In this document: positions 9,106-18,481 of the stretch, piece by piece
How the letters are laid out: each line of letters starts with the position of its first letter
How positions within the stretch are numbered: position 1 is the stretch's first letter
Assembly (NCBI GenBank): GCA_014730175.1
Contig: WJIR01000314.1
Coordinates: 92 to 64,091 of the forward strand
Direction of reading: 5' to 3'
Source: Candidatus Zixiibacteriota bacterium
Lineage (GTDB): Bacteria > Zixibacteria > MSB-5A5 > UM-FILTER-46-8
DNA length: 64,000 nt
Position numbers and translations under genes: made by a program
Notes under the pieces: generated by a model
What the model was told of the DNA's origin: nothing
Database searches by the model: none
Seen by the model: the letters and a program-made list of their open reading frames with translations, nothing else

Positions 9106-9600
9106 ATGGAAATGGTAAAAGCACAGATTAACGGATTGGCGTTGGACGCTTCCACGAATTCTCCGGTGGTTATATTAGCTCCCGAGGAATCGCAGAAAAT
9201 CCTGCCGATATGGATCGGTCATTACGAGGCCTGGGCGATCGGAATGGAACTCTCCGGAGTCCCATCGAAACGTCCGCTAACTCACGATCTTTTAGCTTCG
9301 GTCATTTCCTCTATCGGTGGTAAAGTCGATAGGATCGAGATTACCGAGTTGAAAGAACAGACCTTTTACGCTAAAATTCATATCGCCAAAAACGGGGACG
9401 AGGTGATCAAGGTCGATGCGCGCCCGTCGGATTCGATAGCGCTCGCTTTGAAAACCAAAGCCCCAATTTTTATTAACAGTGAACTTCTTACGCTTTCCCC
9501 CGAACAACGGGAATCGCAGGGATTGCCAAAGAACGAAGAATCCTTGAAGGAAAGATTGAGAAGAATTAATCCGGAAGATTTCGGTAAGTACTCGCTTTAA
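9106..9600 (+). CDS. bifunctional nuclease family (DUF151/BFN) protein
   Basis: Has the conserved ILAPEESQKILPIWIGHYEAWAIGMELSG…PLTHDL block of BFN-domain proteins. Confidence 0.55.
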   Translation: MEMVKAQINGLALDASTNSPVVILAPEESQKILPIWIGHYEAWAIGMELSGVPSKRPLTHDLLASVISSIGGKVDRIEITELKEQTFYAKIHIAKNGDEVIKVDARPSDSIALALKTKAPIFINSELLTLSPEQRESQGLPKNEESLKERLRRINPEDFGKYSL

Positions 9601-9618
9601 TCCGGGAGTAGACACAGG

Positions 9619-11439
9619 GTGAAAAAGAATATACCCCCAATCAAATTGAGATATCGTCTCTTGGTGTCATTGATATGTTTGCTGCTTTCAGGCGCGACGG
9701 TGATGTCACAGAATAGCGCGGACGCAGTTTTCAAGCAAGCGGTTGACAGCTTCGAAAATAAAAATTACTCCCGGGCGGCGGAGCTTTTCGATAAGCTTTT
9801 GACCGACTATCCGATGGAGACGAGGTTCTCGATTTTCTGGTTTATGAAGGCGCGCTCTCATCATAAGCTGGGAGATCTCGAGCTGGCGGAGAAGGAATTT
9901 GAGGATTTTATAAGTGAATTCCCGTATTCGCGATACATAGGGGAAGCATTGCTTCTGCTGGGTGATATTCGGTTCCAGCAGAATGACCCATTTGGCGCAG
10001 CATATTATTACATCCAGGCCTATGACAGACTGGATGATTCCGCTTTACAGGAAAAGGCGAGAATCTCTTTGAGTAATGTTATAGAAGTTCATATATCACT
10101 GGCGAGGTTGAATGATCTCGCGACCAGGGCCGATAATTATCAGCTATCTGCGGAGATGCACTACCTAAAAGCGAAGCGAGAGATTAGGGAGAAGCGATTT
10201 GAAAAAGCTGCGGAAACGATTTCCCGACTGAGGGAGAAATACTCCAACAGCGAATACGCTTTGCGAGCCCAAGAATTGGAACTCGGAAAATCAAGGGAAG
10301 ATCCCGATCTGCTCAGGATTGGACTTTTAATCCCATTGTCCGGCAGATATTCAGAATATGGCATTGATATGTTGAGGGGGATAAAGCTTGCCCTGGAGGA
10401 TTTCAACACTGCAGATACCTCCACGGAGGTTGAGTTGGAGGTGTACGATAATCTGGGAACATCAATAAACACCGTTGAGGGCACCAAGGAGTTAATCGAA
10501 TCGGGTGTTGATGTTATCATCGGACCGCTTCAGAGCGAAAACGCTTTCGCTGCTGCCGTGATATGCCAATATGAAAACGTGCCGTTGGTGGTTCCGGCAG
10601 CTTCGGGTAAAGGTATTGCAGCGGTCGGGAGAAGTATTTTTCAACTCAGTCCCGATTCCGAATATATCGGGAAACGGATAGCGAATTACGCAATCATTAA
10701 GCTTGGTCTTGAACAATTCGGTATCATAACTCCCAATGATGCTTATGGAGAGGATGTTTCTGCTACGTTTGTTCAAGAGGTGAAACGACTGAATGGCGAG
10801 GTGATAAAGATTGCTTTCTATCAGCGCGGCATGACCGATTTCAGGAGACCGTTGACCGAAATCAAGGAAGTTTTGACCAAGGATATCGAGCAGCTTTTGG
10901 AGGAAGGATTAGCGGATTCATCTTTATATGCAAATCCTAAACGACCCGAAGAGCTCTTACCCAAATATGAATGGCCTGTTCGGTTGGATGGTCTTTTTAT
11001 TCCGGGATTCGCAGACGAAGTTGCTATGATCGCTCCTCAGGTGGTATTCGGGCAGATGGAAACCACGTTGCTGGGCGCGGAGGGATGGTCGGATCCCGAT
11101 GTTCTCAAGAGCGCGAAGGGATATCTTGACGGCGCTGTTTTTGCAACCGATTTCTACCCGTTTCCAAAAGCGCCCCGATGGTCTCGTTTTTCCGCGCGAT
11201 TTCAAAATCAGTACGGAATCAGCCCCGGGAGAGTTGCGGGCTTAAGCTACGATGCGGCGATGATATTATTGACAACTGTTGGTGAAATCGGTAATCATAA
11301 TGTTACGCATGGATTGAATAAAATTGAGGATTACAAGGGCGTCAGCGGAGATGTCACCTTTAAATCAATGGGCGGTTTAAATAGCGAAGTTATGTATTGT
11401 AAAATAGTAGGCGACGAAGTTGTGCGTCTAAATGAATAA
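9619..11439 (+). CDS. periplasmic TPR-repeat + type-I periplasmic-binding-fold protein (LpoA-like architecture)
   Basis: Signal peptide, an N-terminal TPR region, and a C-terminal Leu/Ile/Val-binding-protein-like domain (LLIPLSGRYSEYGIDMLRGIKLALEDFN…). Confidence 0.5.
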   Translation: MKKNIPPIKLRYRLLVSLICLLLSGATVMSQNSADAVFKQAVDSFENKNYSRAAELFDKLLTDYPMETRFSIFWFMKARSHHKLGDLELAEKEFEDFISEFPYSRYIGEALLLLGDIRFQQNDPFGAAYYYIQAYDRLDDSALQEKARISLSNVIEVHISLARLNDLATRADNYQLSAEMHYLKAKREIREKRFEKAAETISRLREKYSNSEYALRAQELELGKSREDPDLLRIGLLIPLSGRYSEYGIDMLRGIKLALEDFNTADTSTEVELEVYDNLGTSINTVEGTKELIESGVDVIIGPLQSENAFAAAVICQYENVPLVVPAASGKGIAAVGRSIFQLSPDSEYIGKRIANYAIIKLGLEQFGIITPNDAYGEDVSATFVQEVKRLNGEVIKIAFYQRGMTDFRRPLTEIKEVLTKDIEQLLEEGLADSSLYANPKRPEELLPKYEWPVRLDGLFIPGFADEVAMIAPQVVFGQMETTLLGAEGWSDPDVLKSAKGYLDGAVFATDFYPFPKAPRWSRFSARFQNQYGISPGRVAGLSYDAAMILLTTVGEIGNHNVTHGLNKIEDYKGVSGDVTFKSMGGLNSEVMYCKIVGDEVVRLNE

Positions 11440-11456
11440 TTGGCTTTGGGAATAAA

Positions 11457-11672
11457 ATGGCAAAGGGCAAGGATAAAAAATCGTTATTAAAGATTAAGAT
11501 CGGTGATCAGGTTAAGGAAGTTAGCTACGAAGAGCTGGCTCTCTCCAACAATTTGGCGACCGAAGCGCTGGTGGCGATTCTGGTCGAGAAGGGTATCATC
11601 GATCCTGAAGAGTATTTAAAAAAGATGCAAAATGTCCGCAAAGAAAGATATCGAGACGAATCGGAATTCTAA
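11457..11672 (+). CDS. small hypothetical protein
   Basis: 71 aa ORF with a plausible start; its 3' end overlaps the next ORF in a different frame. No recognisable family. Confidence 0.3.
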   Translation: MAKGKDKKSLLKIKIGDQVKEVSYEELALSNNLATEALVAILVEKGIIDPEEYLKKMQNVRKERYRDESEF

Positions 11673-12111
11673 CGACAATGCTGTTGCATGGGTTAATCAC
11701 CCCGCTGCCGTAAGCCGGAAACGCACCCTGATAGTCAGCATCTTTCTTTTAATTATTTTCGCGACGGTATACTTAACTACTCATAGTCCTCTGCTGACTG
11801 TTGTGGCTGTAATAATTATGGTTGGATCTTTGTCTTCATTTTATGTTCCCACCAAATATACTATGAATCAGGACGGCGTGGAGATAAGAAGCTTCTCCGG
11901 CATCAAAACCTATAATTGGAGTAGATTCCGAAGCTTCTACCCGGATAGTAACGGTGTTTTCCTGTCTCCTTTTGTTAAACCATCGAGGCTCGAAAATTTC
12001 AGAGGAGTTTATTTGAGGTTTTCGGATAACAGAGATGAAGTTATGGACTTTGTGACGGCAATGATATCAAAGGATGATCCGAAGGATGGAGGCGAAAATG
12101 TCTCTTCGTGA
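11632..12111 (+). CDS. hypothetical membrane protein (two TM segments plus a soluble domain)
   Basis: 159 aa with two hydrophobic helices followed by a beta-rich domain. It overlaps both neighbouring ORFs. Confidence 0.4.
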   Translation: MSAKKDIETNRNSNDNAVAWVNHPAAVSRKRTLIVSIFLLIIFATVYLTTHSPLLTVVAVIIMVGSLSSFYVPTKYTMNQDGVEIRSFSGIKTYNWSRFRSFYPDSNGVFLSPFVKPSRLENFRGVYLRFSDNRDEVMDFVTAMISKDDPKDGGENVSS

Positions 12112-12505
12112 TATCTTTCGAGACGGGCAACCTCCGGTTGATCCCAATGACAAAATTGCCGAACACGAGCATCAGGCTCTCCATAAGCTCGCCGCCAAAG
12201 TAATCGAATGGAAAATGGCTGTGCCGGCTATTATGTTCTTGGAGTCGATCAAACCGCTTAACTGGATCGGTTCACAGGCAATGGTATTTTTCGAACCGTT
12301 CGTACATGCCATGTTCTCCTTTAAGGACTACGATGTTTTGCAGAAAACGCTGGAGAAGCGTGAGTCGGTAGAGGTTCTCATACAGAAGATCGAAAAACTT
12401 GACTCCGAGGCTTACGAAAAGGAAAGGGCGCTAAAGAAGGAAAAGAAAAAGGGCAAGAAAGGATTCTGGGCAAGGTTCAAACGAAAAAAGGATAAAAACG
12501 CATAA
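12074..12505 (+). CDS. hypothetical protein with a Lys-rich C-terminal tail
   Basis: 143 aa with an amphipathic/hydrophobic centre and a KKEKKKGKKGFWARFKRKKDK tail. Confidence 0.35.
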   Translation: MIRRMEAKMSLRDIFRDGQPPVDPNDKIAEHEHQALHKLAAKVIEWKMAVPAIMFLESIKPLNWIGSQAMVFFEPFVHAMFSFKDYDVLQKTLEKRESVEVLIQKIEKLDSEAYEKERALKKEKKKGKKGFWARFKRKKDKNA

Positions 12506-12604
12506 CATTTGCATAGATTAATTACTGATATTATATTCTGTAACATTAGATTATATGATTGCTAGTTTCTTTATCGGTTCTGTTTTTTATGAGGTATTGG
12601 TATT

Positions 12605-13321
12605 ATGGAAAAAGTCTCTTTGTTCGTCGACGGTTCAAATATGTTCTATTCGCAAAGAGAGTTAGGTTGGCACTTTGAATACAATAAAATACTCCGGCAT
12701 TTCACTAAGGGGAAAGAGTTAGTAAACGCTTTCTATTATACCGGATACGATGGTGATTTCGGTTCCGAACGGGAGGATTTCTTTAAAGCATTGATGAGAA
12801 TGGGATTCACGGTTCGCGTAAAGAAAATCAAGAGTATGTGGGATAAGCGTGCTAACCGTGAAGTCGTGAAATCTAACCTGGATATCGAAATTGTAATTGA
12901 CATGTTCAACACTATTAATTTGTATGACACCGCAATTCTCTTTTCCGGCGACGGGGATTTTGAGAGAGCGGTTGAACTGCTTCGTAGTCGAGGGCGAAAA
13001 GTAATTGTGGTTGCGGTAGATACCATGACAGCCCTGGAATTGCGCAATGCCGTAGGACACAACTTTATAAATCTAAGAGAGATGCAGGAAGAGTTCGAAA
13101 AAATTCGCTCAAGGGCGAATAACAATCAGCGTGATTATAATTCGGACAACGACCGCTACGATGATTATCGGGACTGCACCAAAGAGGAGCAGCGAGATTC
13201 CTCCGAAGCCGATGCGGACGTAAAGGCACAGTCTAAGAAGAACGGAGAAAAAAATATTAAGGACTGGGTCTTTGTAAGAGGATTTAACAGCGGCTATTCA
13301 AGAAATAGTTCATCCGATTAG
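12605..13321 (+). CDS. NYN-domain (LabA-like, PIN-like) protein with a low-complexity C-terminal tail
   Basis: VSLFVDGSNMFY…ILFSGDGDFERAVELL…VIVVAV is the NYN/LabA signature; the C-terminal ~70 aa are a D/R/N-rich charged tail. Confidence 0.7.
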   Translation: MEKVSLFVDGSNMFYSQRELGWHFEYNKILRHFTKGKELVNAFYYTGYDGDFGSEREDFFKALMRMGFTVRVKKIKSMWDKRANREVVKSNLDIEIVIDMFNTINLYDTAILFSGDGDFERAVELLRSRGRKVIVVAVDTMTALELRNAVGHNFINLREMQEEFEKIRSRANNNQRDYNSDNDRYDDYRDCTKEEQRDSSEADADVKAQSKKNGEKNIKDWVFVRGFNSGYSRNSSSD

Positions 13322-13359
13322 CTTAAGAATTGGAATAAAATATTGTTTTGGGATAGAAT

Positions 13360-15207
13360 ATGACTAAAAAGAAGCCTGAAGACATTAAAGTAATTTTAGC
13401 CACCGATTGCGGCTCCACTACAACCAAGGCGATTCTAATCGAATATCGAGACGGGGAATACCGTCTCATCGTTCGTGGTGAAGCGCCTACGACGGTCGAA
13501 GCTCCATTCGAGGATGTAACGATGGGAGTGCTGAATGCTATCGCCGAGGTGGAGGAGTTATCGGGAAGAAAAATACTGGATGAAGAACACAGGATAATGT
13601 CGCCGGCAAAAGATAACACCGGCACGGATATCTACATTTCCACATCATCGGCGGGAGGGGGACTGCAGATGATGGTGGCGGGAGTGGTGCGTTCGATGAC
13701 AGCGGAATCAGCCGAACGCGCGGCATTGGGCGCCGGCGCAATCGTGATGGATGTGATAGCTTCCAATGATAAACGTCTGCCCCATCAGCAGATCGAAAGG
13801 ATACGTCATCTCAGACCGGATATGATTCTGCTATCCGGAGGTATCGATGGGGGAACCACCACCCATGTGGCGGAACTCGCTGAACTTATATCCGCTGCGG
13901 ACCCCAAGCCTCGGCTCGGTTCCGGTTACAATCTTCCGGTGATTTACGCCGGTAATAACAAGGCGCGTGAAGCTGTTAAGGAAGCGCTTGAGGAAAAGGT
14001 TGCTCTTGATATCGTCGAAAACATTCGACCGGTGCTTGAAAGGGAAAACCTGCTGCCCGCCCGCGAGAAAATCCACGATCTGTTCATGGAACATGTGATG
14101 GCTCAGGCTCCCGGTTACTCCAAGCTAATGGGATGGGCACACGCTCCGATTATGCCGACTCCCGGCGCGGTTGGTTTGATTATTAAGACTATTGCGGATA
14201 TCGAGAAAATTGACGCTGTCGGTGTGGATATAGGCGGCGCTACGACTGACGTCTTCTCGGTCTTTCAGGGAATATTCAATCGGACGGTTTCCGCTAATTT
14301 GGGAATGAGTTATTCCGTATCCAATGTCTTCGCCGAAGCTGGATTGGAAAATGTTATGAGGTGGGTGCCGTTTGATCTGGACGAACGTGATCTTCGTAAT
14401 CGAGTCAAAAACAAAATGATAAGACCTACCACTATTCCGCAGTCTCTCAGCGAACTGGTTTTTGAACAAGCTATCGCCAAAGAAGCTTTGAGGCTGGCGT
14501 TTATTCAGCACAAGAATTTCGCTACCGTGTTAAAGGGGATTCAGCAGCAGAGAACCATCGCAGACGCTTTCGATCAAACAGTCGGCGGACAGACCCTGGT
14601 TGATATGATGTCCCTGAACATGTTAATCGGCTCGGGTGGTGTGTTGTCACACGCGCCCCGCAGACAGCAGTCCGCTCTGATGATGATGGACGCTTTCCTT
14701 CCGGAGGGGATTACCCGCCTGGCGGTTGATTCGATTTTTATGATGCCCCAGCTGGGTGTACTCTCCACGATTCACGAGCAGGCAGCAACCGAGGTGTTCA
14801 ACAAGGACTGTCTGATTCATCTGGGAACCTGTATAGCGCCGACCGGCGAGTTCAAGGGCGACGGCACCGTGCTTACATATAAGTTTAAGCTTCCCGATGG
14901 AACCGTGGAGGAAGGTGAGCTTTCCTCCGGAGAAATTAAACTGATAAAGGCCGGAATCGACGAAAAATCCTCGCTTCCCGTAAAAGCGAAAGCTTCTCTG
15001 GAACCGGCAAAATCACTCGACTTAGGTGAAGGAAAAGGACACAGGACCGAAACCGAAGTTTCCGGCGGCGTGGTTGGGATCATACTCGATGGGCGCGGAC
15101 GCCCCTTTAAGCTGCCTGAGGATGAGAAGACGCGGGTAACAAAACTCAAGGAATGGATGCATGCCCTGGATATCTATGATAAGGATTTACTCGAGGAACT
15201 GGCATAA
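13360..15207 (+). CDS. ASKHA-superfamily ATPase, GlmL/MutL-like (glutamate-mutase accessory protein family)
   Basis: The N-terminus VILATDCGSTTTKAILIE matches the D-x-G-S-T-x-T-K phosphate-1 motif of GlmL-type acetate/sugar-kinase-fold proteins. At 615 aa it is longer than classical GlmL. Confidence 0.45.
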   Translation: MTKKKPEDIKVILATDCGSTTTKAILIEYRDGEYRLIVRGEAPTTVEAPFEDVTMGVLNAIAEVEELSGRKILDEEHRIMSPAKDNTGTDIYISTSSAGGGLQMMVAGVVRSMTAESAERAALGAGAIVMDVIASNDKRLPHQQIERIRHLRPDMILLSGGIDGGTTTHVAELAELISAADPKPRLGSGYNLPVIYAGNNKAREAVKEALEEKVALDIVENIRPVLERENLLPAREKIHDLFMEHVMAQAPGYSKLMGWAHAPIMPTPGAVGLIIKTIADIEKIDAVGVDIGGATTDVFSVFQGIFNRTVSANLGMSYSVSNVFAEAGLENVMRWVPFDLDERDLRNRVKNKMIRPTTIPQSLSELVFEQAIAKEALRLAFIQHKNFATVLKGIQQQRTIADAFDQTVGGQTLVDMMSLNMLIGSGGVLSHAPRRQQSALMMMDAFLPEGITRLAVDSIFMMPQLGVLSTIHEQAATEVFNKDCLIHLGTCIAPTGEFKGDGTVLTYKFKLPDGTVEEGELSSGEIKLIKAGIDEKSSLPVKAKASLEPAKSLDLGEGKGHRTETEVSGGVVGIILDGRGRPFKLPEDEKTRVTKLKEWMHALDIYDKDLLEELA

Positions 15208-15678
15208 ATGGAAATAGAGGATTTCCGAACACTCTATACTTATAACCTGAAATTCGTGCCCACTGTTATTGACTCACTCAAACAGGTGGACTGGGATAGA
15301 ATTGTTAACGAAAGGGTCTGTGGATGGGGATCGGTTCGCAATCTGATTGTCCATACAGTCGGTGCGGAGGAGTTCTGGTTCAGTAAAGTGCTTCAGGGCG
15401 GCCAGCATGAAACTCTCACGGAAGCATCTTTTAACAGCGCTGAAGAACTCGGTAAACGTTGGGAAGAGGTTATCGGGAAGTCCATTGATTACATTGATAC
15501 ACTGAGTAAGGAGGACTTGTCGGAAAACCGTAACGTCCGCTGGGAAACGGGCGAGTTGACCTGCAGAGTCGAGGAGATTCTAATTCACGTTTACACGCAT
15601 ACGGTTCATCATCGCGGTCAGATGGTGATGGCTATCAGGCAGATGGGCGGAGAACCGAGCGAGATCGATATATTATGA
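15208..15678 (+). CDS. DinB/YfiT-like (DinB_2) family protein
   Basis: Has the C-terminal HHRGQ metal-binding motif (HTVHHRGQMVMAIRQ). Its start codon directly abuts the stop of the upstream GlmL-like gene. Confidence 0.6.
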   Translation: MEIEDFRTLYTYNLKFVPTVIDSLKQVDWDRIVNERVCGWGSVRNLIVHTVGAEEFWFSKVLQGGQHETLTEASFNSAEELGKRWEEVIGKSIDYIDTLSKEDLSENRNVRWETGELTCRVEEILIHVYTHTVHHRGQMVMAIRQMGGEPSEIDIL

Positions 15679-16067
15679 TTGGAGATCTTCCGACCTTAAC
15701 GGAGAATTTTAAAGGGCAATTGGATAAAATCATTAGAGGATATGAACCGCTGAAACTTATATGTTCGGTTCCTATGCCCGAGGGGATGTTAACGAATTTT
15801 TGGACCTGGATTTGATTATAATAAAGGTGCGGAGAAAAGACTGACTGATAACATTCTGGATGTGTTAAATTGTCTCGATAGCACCATTGACATTCAACCT
15901 CTTGATTATACTCCGAGTGAGAATGGATTGATGAAACGACGTGAGAACGAATTTAGCCTGACCGCTTTCGAGGAAGGTGTTGTGGTATATGAAAGAGAAC
16001 AATAGCATTAATGCCGCGGAATTGTGGATTAGACAGGCAGAAATTAATGAAGGACTGGGTAAGTAGA
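15676..16067 (+). pseudogene. decayed nucleotidyltransferase (MNT-type) / HEPN toxin-antitoxin pair
   Basis: Three reading frames give MIGDLPTLTENFKGQLDKIIRGYEPLKL / YMFGSYARGDVNEFLDLDLIIIKVRRKD* / LTDNILDVLNCLDSTIDIQPLDYTPSENGLMKRRENEFSLTAFEEGVVVYEREQ*. This is a nucleotidyltransferase (GSxARG motif) broken by at least two frameshifts. It is followed by a 25-codon HEPN N-terminal remnant (…AAELWIRQAEINEGLGK*). The whole is paralogous to the intact pair at 62377..63091. Confidence 0.55.
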
Positions 16068-16100
16068 AAATAATGTTTTTACATAAAATGAGGTGAATAT

Positions 16101-17228
16101 ATGGCTCATGCTTATACACCGGGTTTAAAAGTAACGGAAAAGGCACAGATATCCAAGAAACGAATACTTCCTTTAAAAGGCGAGGTTGTCGTTAATGAAG
16201 GGGATACGGTTGAGCCGGATACCGTAGTCGCCAGAACCGAACTTCCGGGAACAGTGGAACCGATGAATGTGGCTAATGTTCTCGGTATTCCGCCCGAGGA
16301 TGTAAACGACTGCATGCTCAAGCAGGTTGGCGATCATGTGGAACAAGGTGAAATAATCGCAAAATCGAAATCGTTTTTTGGTCTTTTTACGTCAACCTGT
16401 AAAGCTAAAATCGACGGTAAGATCGAAAACGTCTCCTCTGTCACAGGTCAGGTATTGCTCAGGGGAGCGCCGGTACCGGTTGAAGTGAAGGCTTATATAA
16501 AGGGTGAGGTTTTTAAAACCATACCGGATGAAGGTGTTGAGGTGAGGACCTGGGGAGCCTTTGCCCAGGGGATTTTTGGTATCGGCGGTGAAACCCATGG
16601 CAAATTGAAAATTGTCTCCTCGGATCCGCACGCAATCCTGGACGAAAAGGATATCACGCCTGAGTTAAAAGACCAAATTATCGTCGGTGGTTCGCTGGTT
16701 ACCGCCTCGGCATTAAAAAAAGCGATCTCAGAAGGCGTCAGAGGGATCGTTGTCGGCGGATTCAACGATAAAGACCTCAGGGATTTTCTCGGATACGATC
16801 TGGGTGTAGCAATCACCGGAAACGAAGATAAAGGTATTACGCTGGTTGTCACAGAGGGATTCGGAGAGATAGCTATGGCGGAACATACATACGGCCTTTT
16901 GAAATCGAAAGAGGGTCAACTTGCTTGCAACAACGGCGCAACACAAATAAGAGCCGGCGTCATCAGACCGGAGGTTGTGATACCGTACGAAGGCGATATC
17001 CACGCCAAGCACGAAGAGGAGGAGGTCGCGAGTCAGGGCCTGGAGGTTGGTTCCCCGATTCGGGTTATTCGCCATCCTTACTTCGGTAAAATCGGAAAGG
17101 TAAGCGATCTCCCATCGCCGCTGCAGAAATTGGAGTCCGAATCGAGGGCTCGCGTGCTCGAAGTTGAATTTGAGGACGAAGGCAAGGTGATTGTACCCAG
17201 AGCGAATGTCGAGCTACTCGAAGACTGA
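16101..17228 (+). CDS. hypothetical protein with an N-terminal barrel-sandwich-hybrid (RnfC/NqrA-N-like) domain
   Basis: The N-terminus PLKGEVVVNEGDTVEPDTVVA…MLKQVGDHVEQGEIIAKS resembles the BSH/lipoyl-like fold of RnfC/NqrA N-termini. The remaining ~250 aa match nothing I recognise. Confidence 0.35.
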   Translation: MAHAYTPGLKVTEKAQISKKRILPLKGEVVVNEGDTVEPDTVVARTELPGTVEPMNVANVLGIPPEDVNDCMLKQVGDHVEQGEIIAKSKSFFGLFTSTCKAKIDGKIENVSSVTGQVLLRGAPVPVEVKAYIKGEVFKTIPDEGVEVRTWGAFAQGIFGIGGETHGKLKIVSSDPHAILDEKDITPELKDQIIVGGSLVTASALKKAISEGVRGIVVGGFNDKDLRDFLGYDLGVAITGNEDKGITLVVTEGFGEIAMAEHTYGLLKSKEGQLACNNGATQIRAGVIRPEVVIPYEGDIHAKHEEEEVASQGLEVGSPIRVIRHPYFGKIGKVSDLPSPLQKLESESRARVLEVEFEDEGKVIVPRANVELLED

Positions 17229-17252
17229 TCTAATCGTGTATATTCGTCAGCA

Positions 17253-17280
17253 AGCGGGACATTCTTGTCCCGCTTTTTAT
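17253..17280. terminator. bidirectional intrinsic terminator between convergent genes
   Basis: AGCGGGACA-TTCT-TGTCCCGCT followed by TTTTAT, between the + gene ending at 17228 and mscS (-) ending at 17385. Confidence 0.6.
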
Positions 17281-17384
17281 ATGATGTAACCGATGCTGGT
17301 AATCCATTAATCCCGCTGTATGTGTAACGTTTTACGGAATTGGTTCGACCTTCAGGCCTGCACGATTTCATCCATGCAACGAAC

Positions 17385-18281
17385 TCAATTCTGCTCTTGC
17401 TCATTCATGTTTACGAATAAAGGAGGCGCCTGTCCATCTTTATCCTGTCCCGGGTAAAGGGTAACGTGCGGAAATGGAATCTCTATATTATTCTCATCGA
17501 AAGCTCGTTTTAACCTGCGGTTAAATTCCCTTGCTACGCCCCACTGTTTTATCGGTTTGGTTTTAGTTCGGGCTTTGATTACGACCGCCGAGTCCGCAAA
17601 TTTATCGAGTCCCAGAATTTCGATCGGTTCAAGTATGTCGGATTTATAATCCGGATCGTTGCGAAGATCTTCGTCCACCGCTTTGATGACCTTAATCACT
17701 TCATCCACATCCTCTCGATAAGCAACTCCAATATCGAATACAAACCTTGAGTAATCCTTAGTCATGTTAGTTACAACATCAATCAATCCATTCCGTACGT
17801 AGTGCACATTGCCGGCTAAATCCCGCAGCACCGTCATACGCAAATCCACGCTTTCCACGATACCGCCTTTACCGCCAATCTGCACCACATCCCCTACACG
17901 TATTTCATCCTCAAGCAAGATAAAAAAGCCGCTGATAATATCCTGCACCAGATGCTGAGCTCCGAATCCAAGCGCTACGCCGACTACACCTGCGGCAGCC
18001 AGTATAGGTCCCACCTCGATACCGAATTCACCCAGTATCATTATAATGGAGGTTATGAATATCGAGATTCCGAACACGTAACGGAGGAGGGAGCTTAAGG
18101 TGTCGGCTCTTTTTTTGAATTCGCCTTCCGAATCCCGCTTAAGGAATACCGAGAAAATTCTGTTGGAAACTATTTTTGCAATTTTGAGAGCGATCAGAGT
18201 GAGGACAACAATAAACGCTATTCGCAACCCGCTCGCTAATAACCAATCGACAATAGGATCGAGATACTGTTTTATTTCCAT
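17385..18281 (-). CDS. mscS: small-conductance mechanosensitive channel (MscS family)
   Basis: Has three N-terminal TM helices and the MscS core AAAGVVGVALGFGAQHLVQDIISGFFILLEDEIRVGDVV. Confidence 0.85.
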   Translation of the reverse strand: MEIKQYLDPIVDWLLASGLRIAFIVVLTLIALKIAKIVSNRIFSVFLKRDSEGEFKKRADTLSSLLRYVFGISIFITSIIMILGEFGIEVGPILAAAGVVGVALGFGAQHLVQDIISGFFILLEDEIRVGDVVQIGGKGGIVESVDLRMTVLRDLAGNVHYVRNGLIDVVTNMTKDYSRFVFDIGVAYREDVDEVIKVIKAVDEDLRNDPDYKSDILEPIEILGLDKFADSAVVIKARTKTKPIKQWGVAREFNRRLKRAFDENNIEIPFPHVTLYPGQDKDGQAPPLFVNMNEQEQN

Positions 18282-18481
18282 TGTTACTCCTTGAATTTAT
18301 ATACCCATAATTGACAGGAGAAAAACTGAATGAATCATCAGCTATAATATTACTATCAGGACTTTTATTAGGAAATAAATAAATTCGCTTTATTGTTCCA
18401 CATCAGAAACCAAAGAGAAGAACTCAACTATTTTAAAGAATGGATATTTTCAAATTTCGGATGGAATAACCGAAGTCAACG

